Source: Ramlibacter sp. (lineage in GTDB: Bacteria; Pseudomonadota; Gammaproteobacteria; Burkholderiales; Burkholderiaceae_C). Taken from it: 64,000 nt of DNA. The position numbers and the translations under genes were made by a program. The stretch covers positions 21,107 to 85,106 of the forward strand of contig JAQGMS010000008.1 in NCBI GenBank assembly GCA_028292245.1, given 5' to 3'. Under the pieces are notes generated by a model. That model did not search any database and had not been told where the DNA came from. It worked only from the letters and a program-made list of their open reading frames with translations. Positions 18,707 through 28,796 of this stretch are shown piece by piece (the first letter of the stretch is position 1; the number at the start of each line of letters is the position of its first letter).

Positions 18707-19048
18707 TCAATGGTGGGGCTTGGAAATTGTTGGCCAACGGTCGAACAGCACCATCGATGAAACAGCCCTGTCAGCAGCTTGGCCCCAATGACAGACTGAA
18801 CTCGCAGGAGCTGGCAGTCGGTCAAGCTGGATTATTGCCTGCAATTCTGCGCACCGAAGGGCGGATGCGGAAGTCTGGCAGATATCTTCGCAGTAGCCCT
18901 CGCGCATATAGTCGTCGTCGAAGAACGAGCGCGGCATAGCGGCACAAATTCTGAAATAGCCCAGGTATTGTTTCCCTAGATCGCCCATCGGACACGCATA
19001 GGCCGCGATGTAATGACCCTTGTATGGGCCGGTGATGTGCTCAATCAT
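18707..19048 (-). CDS. Hypothetical protein
   Basis: AGGAG RBS; protein-like composition. Confidence 0.6.
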   Translation of the reverse strand: MIEHITGPYKGHYIAAYACPMGDLGKQYLGYFRICAAMPRSFFDDDYMREGYCEDICQTSASALRCAELQAIIQLDRLPAPASSVCHWGQAADRAVSSMVLFDRWPTISKPHH

Positions 19049-19338
19049 TCTTTTCTGCTCCTGATGAAGCTACATTGGACCCTTCCAGCATCAATGCCTG
19101 CATCCCTTCTGTCCGTGGCTTGGCGTTATGGGCATTAGTCGCGTAGGACAACAACTTCTATGTGTGTGGTCAAGGCATGACCGTGCTGAACCGAAGAGCA
19201 TTCACCCTCAAACCAGAACAGAAACTCGCGAACCAATGTGGCTGAGCGATAGATCGAGACCCTTTGAGAGCCCTTGCGGAAATCGCAGAGATCGCAAACT
19301 GCCCTTCGGAGCTTCACCTAGGCTAGTTCGGCGCACAT

Positions 19339-19821
19339 CTAGCGAATCGAAAAGATCCAGTCCGAATAGGTCTCCTTGCCCTCGAAGTCCTCGAAACCCT
19401 TGCCGAATCCCGACCTCTTCATGGTGGGGAGATTCGATTGGCTTCGAACGCCAACAATGCCGCCGTTTCCTTGGATCAGATCCCAATCGGGATGGCCAGT
19501 GATCGGGTCCGGATACAGGCGTCGCAGGTGCTGGATAGGCGTTGGGAAACGGTTGTCATTCAGCAGAACCTCCAGCGTCGGCGGCCAAGCACGCGTTCCC
19601 CCTGGCGGAATTGTGTTGTGGTACGACGCGATCGCGCGCTTGAACTGGGCGCCCACAAAGAGCAGCTGCTCCTCTTTTTCCCGCTGAACTTGAGTCTTGT
19701 GAACGGCCACCAGGCTGCTCGCCGCAAGAGTTGAGACGAGAATGAACACCAGTACGGCAAGCAGCACCAGGCCCTCGCAGCCAGATCGCCTCCGCATGAT
19801 CGGTCGAGGTACGGCGTTCAC
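19339..19821 (-). CDS. Minor pseudopilin-like protein
   Basis: G|LVLLAVLVFILV hydrophobic helix, REKEEQLL, LRRLYPDP; GTGA overlap. Confidence 0.8.
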   Translation of the reverse strand: MNAVPRPIMRRRSGCEGLVLLAVLVFILVSTLAASSLVAVHKTQVQREKEEQLLFVGAQFKRAIASYHNTIPPGGTRAWPPTLEVLLNDNRFPTPIQHLRRLYPDPITGHPDWDLIQGNGGIVGVRSQSNLPTMKRSGFGKGFEDFEGKETYSDWIFSIR

Positions 19822-20306
19822 CAATCGCGCACCCGAGAGCCGTCCAGTCCTACGCGGTCGGATTTGGACGTCACATCGAAAACATCGGCACCATCGCCGA
19901 ATTCTCCCGGTTGCGCGCCGTAGCTGCGAATGTTCCAAGTCTGCGCGGCGGGAAGCGAGGAGTCTTCGTCGGCGAAGGGATCCCGCGGCACCCGCCGCAG
20001 GAAGACCATCGGCGTGGCGCTGAAGCCCAGCGCCGCCGAGCGGGGGACTCCGGTGACCAGGAGATCGAGGTTGCGTGGATAGCCGGAGCTGCCGGTTGGC
20101 TTGTCGATCGCGCCGGAGTCCGCCGCCGCCTTATAGCTGTCCAACGCCAGCCGGATCGTGCGCAGGGCGACTCGCAGTTCGGCTTCCTTTGCACGCGTCT
20201 GCGTCAAGGCGCCGAACGGCAGGACCACTGCCGCCGCGATGCCGATGAGCGCTAGTGTCACAAGCAATTCAACCAGCGTGAAGCCGCGCATTCTCACCCC
20301 CCTCAT
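19818..20306 (-). CDS. Pseudopilin with N-methylation motif
   Basis: RG|FTLVELL; FLRRVPRDP. Confidence 0.88.
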   Translation of the reverse strand: MRGVRMRGFTLVELLVTLALIGIAAAVVLPFGALTQTRAKEAELRVALRTIRLALDSYKAAADSGAIDKPTGSSGYPRNLDLLVTGVPRSAALGFSATPMVFLRRVPRDPFADEDSSLPAAQTWNIRSYGAQPGEFGDGADVFDVTSKSDRVGLDGSRVRDW

Positions 20307-20692
20307 CTAGGCGTCCCTTCACCCGCCACAGTCGCGGGCAACGGGGGAGCGATGTCGTATACGCCCGGCTCGGCGCCGGCCGGATGCGCCATCGGAGTCC
20401 AGTTGTTTGAGCCGGAGACCGGATCTAGGGGGACAGCACGCAGGTACTGCTTCTGCACAAGTTCACCCAGCTCCGTTGGGTATCGGCCTTGGTCCGCCCT
20501 GAACTTGTCCAGCGCATCCCGCAGCGTCGCCATGTTCTGGGCGCGCACTTTTTCGCGGGCTGTCTCGGTCGCGTTGAGATACCGTGGTACAGCGATGCTC
20601 AGCAGCAGTGCGAGGAGCGAGAACACCACGAGCAGCTCGATAAGCGTGAAGCCCATCGGCCGGCCGTGTCGTTGAAGCTGACGCAGTCGCAT
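20303..20692 (-). CDS. GspG-like pseudopilin
   Basis: MG|FTLIELL; YLRAVPLDP. Confidence 0.88.
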   Translation of the reverse strand: MRLRQLQRHGRPMGFTLIELLVVFSLLALLLSIAVPRYLNATETAREKVRAQNMATLRDALDKFRADQGRYPTELGELVQKQYLRAVPLDPVSGSNNWTPMAHPAGAEPGVYDIAPPLPATVAGEGTPR

Positions 20693-20693
20693 G

Positions 20694-22694
20694 TCAGCGC
20701 GGTGCGGTGGGACGCACGAACATGGGAGGAGGGGCCGGCAGGGACGTGGCGGGCGGCGCAGCCGGCGCCACGGAAGGCGCGGTTGCCGGGTTGAACAAGA
20801 CTCCGCCCACAGCCGCCGGCGATACCGTGAGAGGCACTGCCACGCCGGGACCGGGCGCGGTGCCAACCGACGCCGGCACCCGGAGTTGCGGAATGGGTTC
20901 CGCGAGAATCGGCTTCTCGCGCAGCACGTTGAACGTGCCGGAGAAGATGCTGCGCGCCTCTGGGCTCTGGTCTGCGATGTTTCGCACGATGCGCGGCGTG
21001 ATTGCCAGGATGATTTCGCTGCGCGAATCCGAGCCATCGTTGTTCCCGAAGAGGCGCCCCACCACGGGCAGATGGCCGAGACCCGGAATCTTGGACGCGG
21101 TGTTGCGGTCCTGGTCCGTGATCAGGCCACCGAGAATCTGTGTTTCTCCATCCTTGAGGCGAAGGTTCGTGTTCGCGTTGCGCGTGCCGATCTGGTAGGA
21201 GCGTCCGCCCTGCGCGTCCGTGAACTCCGCGGCGATGTTGCTGACCTCCAGCGAAATCTTGATGCCGACTTCGTTGTTGGCATACACCTGTGGCTCAAAC
21301 TCCAGCTTGAGGCCCACATCCTGGTAACTCACGCTACCGGTCACCACTGCGGCGCCGGTCAGGACCGGGGTCACAGTGTTGGTGATCGTCGGCACGCGGT
21401 CACCGATCATGATTTTTGCCTTCTCGCGGTTGCGCGCCCGGATGCGCGGGCTGGCAAGAAGCTTGGCATCTGTGTCCTCCAGCTTGAAGTTCAATGTGGC
21501 GGAAAGCGGAGAGACGAGCAGGTCATCCTTGCGCAAGGCCTTGAGCGCACCCAGCGTCAAGGCACCAACTGCCCCAGGTGTCGCCACGGAAAAACTGGAA
21601 GGCGGCACGAATCCCAGGTTGCTCTTGCGCGTGCTCGACACCTCCAGTATCTCGACTTCGAGCATGATCTCCGGATCGGCGACGTCGTGGACAGCGATCA
21701 GGCGTGCCGCGAGCCTCAGGCGCTCGGGAGTGTCGCGAATGACAAGAACCCCGCTGCGCTCGTCCGCGGCCACTTCCCGAAGTTTCAGCATGGTCTTGAG
21801 CATGGTGCTCAAGTACTTGATATCCGTGTTGGTGACCTGGAACGAGCGGATCGTCAGGTCTTCGTATTCGGCCTTCTTCGCGTCGGTGGATGGATAGACC
21901 ATCATCGTGTTGCCGTTGATCATCCGCCGCTCGAGCTGGTTTTGCAGGAGGATGAAATCAATCGCATCGGCCACCGAAATATCCTTGACGAAGATCGTGA
22001 CCTTCGATGCCGGCTTCACGTCTCGGTCGAGCAGTATGTTCAACCCCACCGATCGCGAGATCGCTTCGAACACCGTCCGTAGGGCGGCGTCGTTGAACTG
22101 CAGCGTCACGGGTTTCTCAAGGATGGATCGGGCAGCAAGCAGTTTGGCCCGCTCGCCGTCCAGGCCGGCTTGCGCATCCAAGGCCGCCTCCTTGAGTTTC
22201 GCGGCGCGATGGTTCTGGGGGAAGCCTTCGAGGGCTTGAGCGGCTCTGTCCAGTGCGAGATCCACCCGGCCTTGCGCCAGGAAGGTTTCGCCTTCGCTCA
22301 CGAGCCTGGCGTATCGAGCATCCTGGGGCAGAGCCGCCATCGCAGCGCGGGCGCGGGCGTTTCCGCGGTCCATGCGCAAAGCGGTTTCGTACGCCGCTTG
22401 CGCCTCCTGCAACTTGCCTTCAGCCCTTAGGGTGTCGGCCTGGCCCAGGATGTCGCGCACGCTATGTTCGCGCTGAGCCAGGTAGTCCACCTTGAAGGCG
22501 GCATCCGTCGGCGCGAGCTTGGTAGCGTTCTCCAGGGACTCGATGCCTTCCGATGTCTTGTCCATCTTCATCTGCAGCTGCCCTTTGGTGTGCTCGTAGG
22601 TCGCGCACCCGCTGACCAGGATCGCGCAACCGAGCGCCACCTGGCGCCAGGCGAATATCCTCTTTTCAAAGGGTAAGAGGGCCAATGCTGTCAT
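20694..22694 (-). CDS. gspD: Secretin (GspD-like) with lipoprotein signal and TPR-like N-terminus
   Basis: Lipobox VSGC; LASPRIR, IGDRVP, DVGLKL, KIPGLGHLPVVGRLF secretin motifs. Confidence 0.9.
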   Translation of the reverse strand: MTALALLPFEKRIFAWRQVALGCAILVSGCATYEHTKGQLQMKMDKTSEGIESLENATKLAPTDAAFKVDYLAQREHSVRDILGQADTLRAEGKLQEAQAAYETALRMDRGNARARAAMAALPQDARYARLVSEGETFLAQGRVDLALDRAAQALEGFPQNHRAAKLKEAALDAQAGLDGERAKLLAARSILEKPVTLQFNDAALRTVFEAISRSVGLNILLDRDVKPASKVTIFVKDISVADAIDFILLQNQLERRMINGNTMMVYPSTDAKKAEYEDLTIRSFQVTNTDIKYLSTMLKTMLKLREVAADERSGVLVIRDTPERLRLAARLIAVHDVADPEIMLEVEILEVSSTRKSNLGFVPPSSFSVATPGAVGALTLGALKALRKDDLLVSPLSATLNFKLEDTDAKLLASPRIRARNREKAKIMIGDRVPTITNTVTPVLTGAAVVTGSVSYQDVGLKLEFEPQVYANNEVGIKISLEVSNIAAEFTDAQGGRSYQIGTRNANTNLRLKDGETQILGGLITDQDRNTASKIPGLGHLPVVGRLFGNNDGSDSRSEIILAITPRIVRNIADQSPEARSIFSGTFNVLREKPILAEPIPQLRVPASVGTAPGPGVAVPLTVSPAAVGGVLFNPATAPSVAPAAPPATSLPAPPPMFVRPTAPR

Positions 22695-22706
22695 GGGAGT
22701 CCAGGG

Positions 22707-23312
22707 TTAGGGAGCCAAGGCGAGCGCCTGGCGTTGCATGAGGGGCAGATAGGTGAATTCGATCTTCTCCGCCGAGATGCTCTCGACGCGATAGAGCGTG
22801 CCAATCGACTCGCCGGCACGCACCAGAAGCAGGTTGTCCTGCTGGCGAATGAACGCGACCGGTTGACCGCCCGTGACATCGGCGCCGGCGATGGAGCCCA
22901 CGGCGACGAATGGGAGCGGTGGTGCCGCGGGCGGTGGCGGCGGCGGTTCCACAGTGACAGGAGGTGCCGACGCGGCCTTGGAAGGTTTCGCGGCGACCGG
23001 TGTGCTCGCGGGTTTTGCCGCCGAGGCCGCCTGGGCGGCGAAGTCCTTGATGGCCAGGGCGCCAAAGGGGTTGTGGAGGGCTTGAGCTGACAGCCTCTCC
23101 GGTGCGGCACCTTCGACCGATGACGTAAGGCTTCGAATCGCAGAGGGACGCACACGCTCGGCTGGAGCGACGACGCTGGCGGCAAATTCGGCATCGGGCT
23201 GCGTTGGCCGGCCAAACGTCGCGGCGAGCGCGAATGCCAAGGCCCCGCCTGCCACCAGGACCACGATGCGGACGGTTGGCCGAAGTGGCGAGCGCTCGCG
23301 CGGCCTATTCAT
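22707..23312 (-). CDS. PilP/GspC-like bitopic accessory protein
   Basis: N-terminal TM, NPF motif, Pro-rich linker, small C-terminal beta domain. Confidence 0.65.
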   Translation of the reverse strand: MNRPRERSPLRPTVRIVVLVAGGALAFALAATFGRPTQPDAEFAASVVAPAERVRPSAIRSLTSSVEGAAPERLSAQALHNPFGALAIKDFAAQAASAAKPASTPVAAKPSKAASAPPVTVEPPPPPPAAPPLPFVAVGSIAGADVTGGQPVAFIRQQDNLLLVRAGESIGTLYRVESISAEKIEFTYLPLMQRQALALAP

Positions 23313-23835
23313 CCTTGGCCCGGTATGCAAATGAAAGCCGCAGGCTGACCTGCAACTTGCCGGCACTGGCGCTAGCCTGATCTATGCGAATCTCATCGAG
23401 CGAGACGTGAGGCATCCGCTTGAGCGTTTCCGCGACGAATGCCTTGATCCTTGGATATTCCTCATCCATCCGGATGTCCGCCACGCGGAACACCACAGGC
23501 AACGACGGGCTGGCATCCGAGCGGTATTCGGCGGATCGGATGGTCACGGCCTGCTGGCTCGCGATCTTGAGCAATGCGCTGACGTCGTCTGTGTGGGTGC
23601 GATAGGGCGGCAGGCCCGACAACAGGTCGATTGGCGCCGCGGTGGCAGATGCGCCAGCCTCGGCCTGTGCTGCCGGCAATGGTTGGACGGGATCGGAGTC
23701 CAAGAGAATTCGCGCGCGCGAGTGGAGATACGCCGCGCCTGCCAGCATCAGGATGCCAACGATGAACGCGAGGGCGCCGGCGACAACCGGCCAGGCCGCG
23801 AACGTGCGAGCACTGCGCCGTGAGGATGTGTTCAT
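23305..23835 (-). CDS. PilO/GspM-like protein
   Basis: TM plus ferredoxin-like C-terminus (YPRIKAFV); operon position. Confidence 0.7.
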   Translation of the reverse strand: MNTSSRRSARTFAAWPVVAGALAFIVGILMLAGAAYLHSRARILLDSDPVQPLPAAQAEAGASATAAPIDLLSGLPPYRTHTDDVSALLKIASQQAVTIRSAEYRSDASPSLPVVFRVADIRMDEEYPRIKAFVAETLKRMPHVSLDEIRIDQASASAGKLQVSLRLSFAYRAKDE

Positions 23836-24425
23836 CAGCGCGCTGCCCCCGGGGCGTGCTGCGTGCCGGAAGGGCTCCAGACCAGCACGATCTGGAAGCG
23901 AATCACTTCCACGCCGCCCTGTGTCGCCATCTGCTGCGAAGCGAGCCTGGCCTCGCGGACGCGGGGCTGGCTCTGCAGGGCCCTGAGAAAGTCCAGCATC
24001 GCCTGATCGGAAACCGCCAAGCCGGTAATGCCGACCTCGGCCGCGTCAGCCTGCATGCGCGAGGGCGTCAGGGAAACGACCGTCGCGCGCGAACCAACTT
24101 CCTCCCCAGCGGACTCCAGTGCGTCGAACAATCCGGACCACGACAGGCGCAGGGCTTGCTGCAACTCGCGTTGCGCGCGCAACTGTCGCAGCACGGCGGG
24201 ATCGTTCTGCCTCAATCGAAGGGAAGCTTCCTTCTCGGTGCTTTCGCGAACCAGCCTGCGCGCGTCGCTCGTGCTGTCCCGCGCACGCGTGAAACCGTGG
24301 AGGCCATTCGCCAAGACCCATGCGCAGAGAAGCGCGAACATGACACCGGCGGCCAAGGCAGCCCAGGCCGCACCGGTATGGCGGCTCGCGGCGGGCGCAA
24401 TGTCGAAGGGATCGGTGACGAACAC
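23835..24425 (-). CDS. PilN/GspL-like protein
   Basis: AGGAG RBS + GTG; TM, coiled coil, WSGLFDALE, ITGLA...FLRAL. Confidence 0.7.
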   Translation of the reverse strand: MFVTDPFDIAPAASRHTGAAWAALAAGVMFALLCAWVLANGLHGFTRARDSTSDARRLVRESTEKEASLRLRQNDPAVLRQLRAQRELQQALRLSWSGLFDALESAGEEVGSRATVVSLTPSRMQADAAEVGITGLAVSDQAMLDFLRALQSQPRVREARLASQQMATQGGVEVIRFQIVLVWSPSGTQHAPGAAR

Positions 24426-24433
24426 GTTGACTC

Positions 24434-25255
24434 CTAGACGGTGCGCAGCTGCGCGGAGGACCGTGCAACCGCGGGCCAGCGCACGTGCTCGACCGGAACG
24501 TCCGGCGCACCGGGCGGCGTCGCGTTGAACCGGCGCACCGCCGAATCGAGCGACACATCGGCTGCGGTTGGGGTCGCATATGGAATCCATCCGCGCCATA
24601 CGCGCACGATCTGCCCGCGCTGGAGCTGCATCATCTGTACGAGGCTGGACCGATGCGAATGCTTTCCGGCCTCCGTGAGGACAATGGTGCCGCCGGCATC
24701 CTTTCGGATCCCGCCCACAGTCATCGACAACATCGCCGGCCGGCAACTCGTAAGACGCATCCCTTGGCGTGTCGCGAGTGCGTCCAAGGCGTCGACAACG
24801 ACCCGATCAATGCAGGAGATCAGAAGATTGCGGCCGTCGGCCAGGAGTTGCCAGCGCGTCACCTGGCTGGCGGGGTCCAGGCGAAGCATGTGGCGCACCC
24901 ATGCGTCAATATACGTTTGCATAGCTGCATCGCTGGAAGCTTTCGCAGCAATGCCCTCGACTGGCATCAGCCCCACGCGGGCGAAGTCCAACCCCAGACG
25001 AACCTCGAATGCGAGGCCTCGCAGGTTCTCGCGCTCGCACGTCGAAGCAAAGGCCGCCGCCAAGGAATCCAGCCGCGCGTCGAGCGCTTCGTCGTCATGG
25101 GCAGCCAGCACCACCCGTGCAGCGTCTGCTGCGGCGACCTCAGTCGACCGGTTTCGCCACCAGGCGCCAATGACCGGTCTGGCCGGCGCAGGAACCCACT
25201 CGGCGACCGCATGGGCACCGCTGATGGAAAACGAAACTGCGGACTTCATCTTCAC
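24434..25255 (-). CDS. PilM/GspL-cytoplasmic-like protein
   Basis: Soluble ORF between the ATPase and the PilN-like gene; assignment mainly positional. Confidence 0.55.
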   Translation of the reverse strand: MKMKSAVSFSISGAHAVAEWVPAPARPVIGAWWRNRSTEVAAADAARVVLAAHDDEALDARLDSLAAAFASTCERENLRGLAFEVRLGLDFARVGLMPVEGIAAKASSDAAMQTYIDAWVRHMLRLDPASQVTRWQLLADGRNLLISCIDRVVVDALDALATRQGMRLTSCRPAMLSMTVGGIRKDAGGTIVLTEAGKHSHRSSLVQMMQLQRGQIVRVWRGWIPYATPTAADVSLDSAVRRFNATPPGAPDVPVEHVRWPAVARSSAQLRTV

Positions 25256-26898
25256 TCCAGCGGAGCTACCCGATCGATCTCGGCGACCGTGGTAAGGCCG
25301 CGCAGTGCCAGGGTTACAGCGGAATGCCGAAGGCTGCGAAAACCCTTCTCCCGAGCCGCGCGCTTGACGGTGGAAATGGGCGCCTGCTGAACGAGCAGGT
25401 CGCGCATCTCATCGTCCATCGGCAACGTCTCCGCGATAGCCATTCGGCCTTTGTAGCCCGTGGCACGGCAAGCCGCGCAGCCCACGGCATGCGCCATGCG
25501 TGGTGCGGCCGTTGCGGCGAATGGAAGAGCCCCCACCAGCGCGGAGATTTCCTCGGCACTTGCATCGGACATCTGCGAGCACGCCGGGCACACGGTGCGA
25601 ACCAGCCGCTGCGCCATGATGCCAGTCAGCGCGGCGACGAGGCTGTAGCTGTCAACGCCCATGTTCGTGAAGCGCCCGATCACGTCGAACACGTTGTTCG
25701 CGTGCACGGTGGTGAACACTTGATGGCCGGTCAGTGCGGCCTGCACGGATATCTGGGCGGTCTCGGTGTCGCGAATCTCTCCGACCATGATCTTGTCAGG
25801 GTCGTGCCGAAGAATGGACCGCAGGCCACGAGCAAACGTCAGGCCCTTCTTCTCGTTGACCGGAATCTGCAGCACGCCCGACAGCTGGTACTCGATCGGG
25901 TCCTCGATGGTGACTATCTTGTCCAGACCCGTGTTGATTTCGGAGATTGCGGCGTAGAGTGTCGTCGTCTTGCCGCTGCCGGTTGGCCCTGTCACGAGCA
26001 GCAGCCCATAAGGCAGATGCGACGCGCGGCGCACGAAGGCCTTCACGTCCTCATCGAAGCTGAGTGCGTCGAGAGTCAGTGCTTCGAACTGGCCGGTCAG
26101 GTGCTTGCGGTCGAGAATTCGCAGGACGGCATCCTCGCCCGTCATGTTGGGCATGATGGAAACGCGGAAGTCAATTTCGCGCTGCTCCATCACGACCCGA
26201 AAGCGTCCATCCTGCGGGACGCGGCGCTCGGCAATGTCGAGATCCGCGAGCACCTTAATGCGGGAGATCACCTGATGGGCCGTCTCCAGGCTTTCGATCC
26301 GCTTCACGGCTTGCAGCACACCGTCGAGGCGGTATCTGATCTGCAACGCCTTGGCCTGCAGTTCAAAGTGGATGTCCGACGCGCCGACGCGAAGCGCATC
26401 GAACAAGGTCGAATCGACCACGCGCACCGTGGCGTTGGCGGTGGACTCGATGGACGCCATGGAAAGCGAGAGCGTGGTGGTGTCGCTTGCGGACGGGGCC
26501 GATGGTTCATCGACTCGCAGCGAATCCATAGCGCGCACGCCACTCGCCGCGCCTGCGAGGAAGTGCGCGAAGTCCTCGTCAAGCACCAATGCGCGGCGCA
26601 GGACCGGCGGGGCCGCCTTCTCAATGAGGGTCTCGAACCACTGTTGCGCGTCTAGGTCGGTCGCGTCGCGGCAAATGAAAACAAGCACTTCGGCTGCTTT
26701 CCCGCCTGCGCCGACGCGGGCGAGGACGCATCCACGCCGCTCGCACTCGGCGAACGAGGCCAGTTCGAAGTCGGCGCTGAGCTTCGTGAGGTCGCCGCGG
26801 CCCATCGCTTCGAGGCCGTAGTGATCCGCGATGACCCGCAGGGCCGCATCTTGATCCGGCGGGGCCGGTGATGCATGAACGGCGAGGACACTGGCCAC
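25252..26898 (-). CDS. gspE: GspE/PulE secretion ATPase
   Basis: ASDIH, PQDGR, GPTGSGKT, TIEDPIE, LRHDPD, CxxC...CxxC. Confidence 0.95.
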   Translation of the reverse strand: MASVLAVHASPAPPDQDAALRVIADHYGLEAMGRGDLTKLSADFELASFAECERRGCVLARVGAGGKAAEVLVFICRDATDLDAQQWFETLIEKAAPPVLRRALVLDEDFAHFLAGAASGVRAMDSLRVDEPSAPSASDTTTLSLSMASIESTANATVRVVDSTLFDALRVGASDIHFELQAKALQIRYRLDGVLQAVKRIESLETAHQVISRIKVLADLDIAERRVPQDGRFRVVMEQREIDFRVSIMPNMTGEDAVLRILDRKHLTGQFEALTLDALSFDEDVKAFVRRASHLPYGLLLVTGPTGSGKTTTLYAAISEINTGLDKIVTIEDPIEYQLSGVLQIPVNEKKGLTFARGLRSILRHDPDKIMVGEIRDTETAQISVQAALTGHQVFTTVHANNVFDVIGRFTNMGVDSYSLVAALTGIMAQRLVRTVCPACSQMSDASAEEISALVGALPFAATAAPRMAHAVGCAACRATGYKGRMAIAETLPMDDEMRDLLVQQAPISTVKRAAREKGFRSLRHSAVTLALRGLTTVAEIDRVAPLE

Positions 26899-26904
26899 AA
26901 CGAC

Positions 26905-28131
26905 TCAGGAAAAGCTCGATGCGAGATCGAAGATAGGGAGGTACATCAGCACCACGATGCCGCCGATGAGGAGGCCGAAGACGATCATCAGAAGCGGTTC
27001 GATCAGGCGGCTGGTGATGTCGATGTTCCGTTGTAGCGAGCGCTCGTAGAAGTCCGCGATCCGGTCCAGCATCTCGGGCAACGTGCCGCTGCGCTCAGCC
27101 ACGGCCAGCATACTGGTCGCGACCACATCCGACAAGCCGACTTGCGAGAGCGCGTTGCTGACCATCTCGCCTTCGCGCATGCGTGTGAGACCTGATTGGA
27201 GCCGCTCGCGATCGGTTGGGCTCAGGAGATCGGCGGTGAACAACAACGCCTTGTGAATCGTGATGCCGCGCGACGTGAGGATTGCCGTGGTACGGTACAT
27301 CTGCAAGTGCTGGAATTCGCGCACCACGCCCGCGACGCCGGGAATTCGCTGCAGCCATTTGCGGCGCGCATCGGCGTCGTTCCACTTAATCAGTAGAGTA
27401 ACAACAGCCACGACGAACGCACCCAGCATGATCAAGGGCACGGCCGGATTCGCATCGACGAACTGCCCCCAGGCCATAAGAAGCCTGGACATGACCGGCA
27501 GCTCGCGTCCTTGCGACTCGATGAGGCGCGAGAACCGGGGAACGACGACGCCCAACAGCATCAACACCACGACGGAGCCCACGAGAAGAAGCAGCAGCGG
27601 ATAGACGCACGCGCCAATTACCTTGTCCCGCACGGTTCTTAGGCTCTGCTGATGGCTCGCATAACGGGAAAGGCCGGTGGCGAGGTCGCCCGTCTGCTCA
27701 CTCGCGGCAACCGTGGCGACAAGCAACGGCGGAAATGCTTTCGTTCGCTCGAGCGCGGCGGAAAGGCCTAGCCCGGAATTCATCGAGTCGCCGAGTTCGT
27801 TAAATATTTGGCGTCGGGCTGCGAAATTTTCTTTACGGGCAAGCGCCTCAGTTGCGTCCTTCACGGTGACGCCGGCTTCCAGCAGCGTGGCCAGATCCTG
27901 TGAGAACGACACGGTGTCGGGCCGCGCCTTGTTGCGGGAGAAACGAAACACGCGTCCCGCGCCGCGGCGCGCATCATTTTCTATTTGTGTGCATTCCAGC
28001 ACGGTTTGCCCATTCCGTCCCGCGATCTGGCGGGCTTGGTCCGCGGTGGCCGCTTCGACGCGGAGCGCGGACAGGCCTCCCCGGTCGTCGAGTACGACAG
28101 TGTTGAAGGCGGAGAATGGCGAGGCTGTCAT
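26905..28131 (-). CDS. gspF: GspF/PilC platform protein
   Basis: EQTGDL, YP+TM, ERSGTL, IEP+TM, YLPIF. Confidence 0.92.
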   Translation of the reverse strand: MTASPFSAFNTVVLDDRGGLSALRVEAATADQARQIAGRNGQTVLECTQIENDARRGAGRVFRFSRNKARPDTVSFSQDLATLLEAGVTVKDATEALARKENFAARRQIFNELGDSMNSGLGLSAALERTKAFPPLLVATVAASEQTGDLATGLSRYASHQQSLRTVRDKVIGACVYPLLLLLVGSVVVLMLLGVVVPRFSRLIESQGRELPVMSRLLMAWGQFVDANPAVPLIMLGAFVVAVVTLLIKWNDADARRKWLQRIPGVAGVVREFQHLQMYRTTAILTSRGITIHKALLFTADLLSPTDRERLQSGLTRMREGEMVSNALSQVGLSDVVATSMLAVAERSGTLPEMLDRIADFYERSLQRNIDITSRLIEPLLMIVFGLLIGGIVVLMYLPIFDLASSFS

Positions 28132-28149
28132 GGCGAAATCACGAAGGGA

Positions 28150-28569
28150 TCAATCCCTGGTCGACAAGGAGATGTCCTTGGCTTCGCCCGTGCCGCCTGG
28201 TTGGCCATCCGCGCCCAGCGAAATGATCTCCGGGTCGCGACGGTTGTCCGAAAGCTTGTAGACGTATGCGTGTCCCCACGGGTCGGGCGGGATCGCCCTC
28301 TTCAAATAGGGGCCTTGCCACTTGGTGATGCCAGTGGGCGCGGCCATCAAGGCCTCTAGGCCCTGTTCGGGCGAGGGGAGCGCCCCAACGTCGAGGCGGT
28401 ATTGCTCGAGCGCCTTTTCGAATGAATCCATCTGGGCGCGCGCTATTTTTACCTTGGACTTGTCGACGGTGTCGAAGTAGCGTGGGACTACCAAACCGGC
28501 GAGCAATCCGATGATCATGATGACGACGAGGAGCTCTAGGAGAGTGAAGCCTCTCGACTGCGATTTCAT
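28150..28569 (-). CDS. gspG: Major pseudopilin GspG
   Basis: RG|FTLLELL, YRLDVG, WQGPYL, DPWG, SLGADG..GG.G. Confidence 0.93.
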   Translation of the reverse strand: MKSQSRGFTLLELLVVIMIIGLLAGLVVPRYFDTVDKSKVKIARAQMDSFEKALEQYRLDVGALPSPEQGLEALMAAPTGITKWQGPYLKRAIPPDPWGHAYVYKLSDNRRDPEIISLGADGQPGGTGEAKDISLSTRD

Positions 28570-28707
28570 GTGTATCAATTGCTCTTGCCGTTGCGGCCGG
28601 AGCATCTCCGTCAAATCAAAAAAGCTGCACTGTGTGTGTGATGCGTGGGCGCCGACTATAACGGCGCAGTCGATGATTGAAAGAGTGCCGTCTCATTAAA
28701 CAGACAC

Positions 28708-28723
28708 CTGTCAGACCTGACAG
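28708..28723. promoter_or_regulatory. Palindrome CTGTCAG-AC-CTGACAG in the divergent gspG/rhs intergenic region
   Basis: Perfect 7-bp arms; CTGT-N8-ACAG geometry. Confidence 0.4.
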
Positions 28724-28796
28724 TTTTCAACGCCGAAGAAGGTCGCTAGAGTCCCTCGGCGAATGATGTCTCGGCAGTACCCAGGGGGATTGAAAA

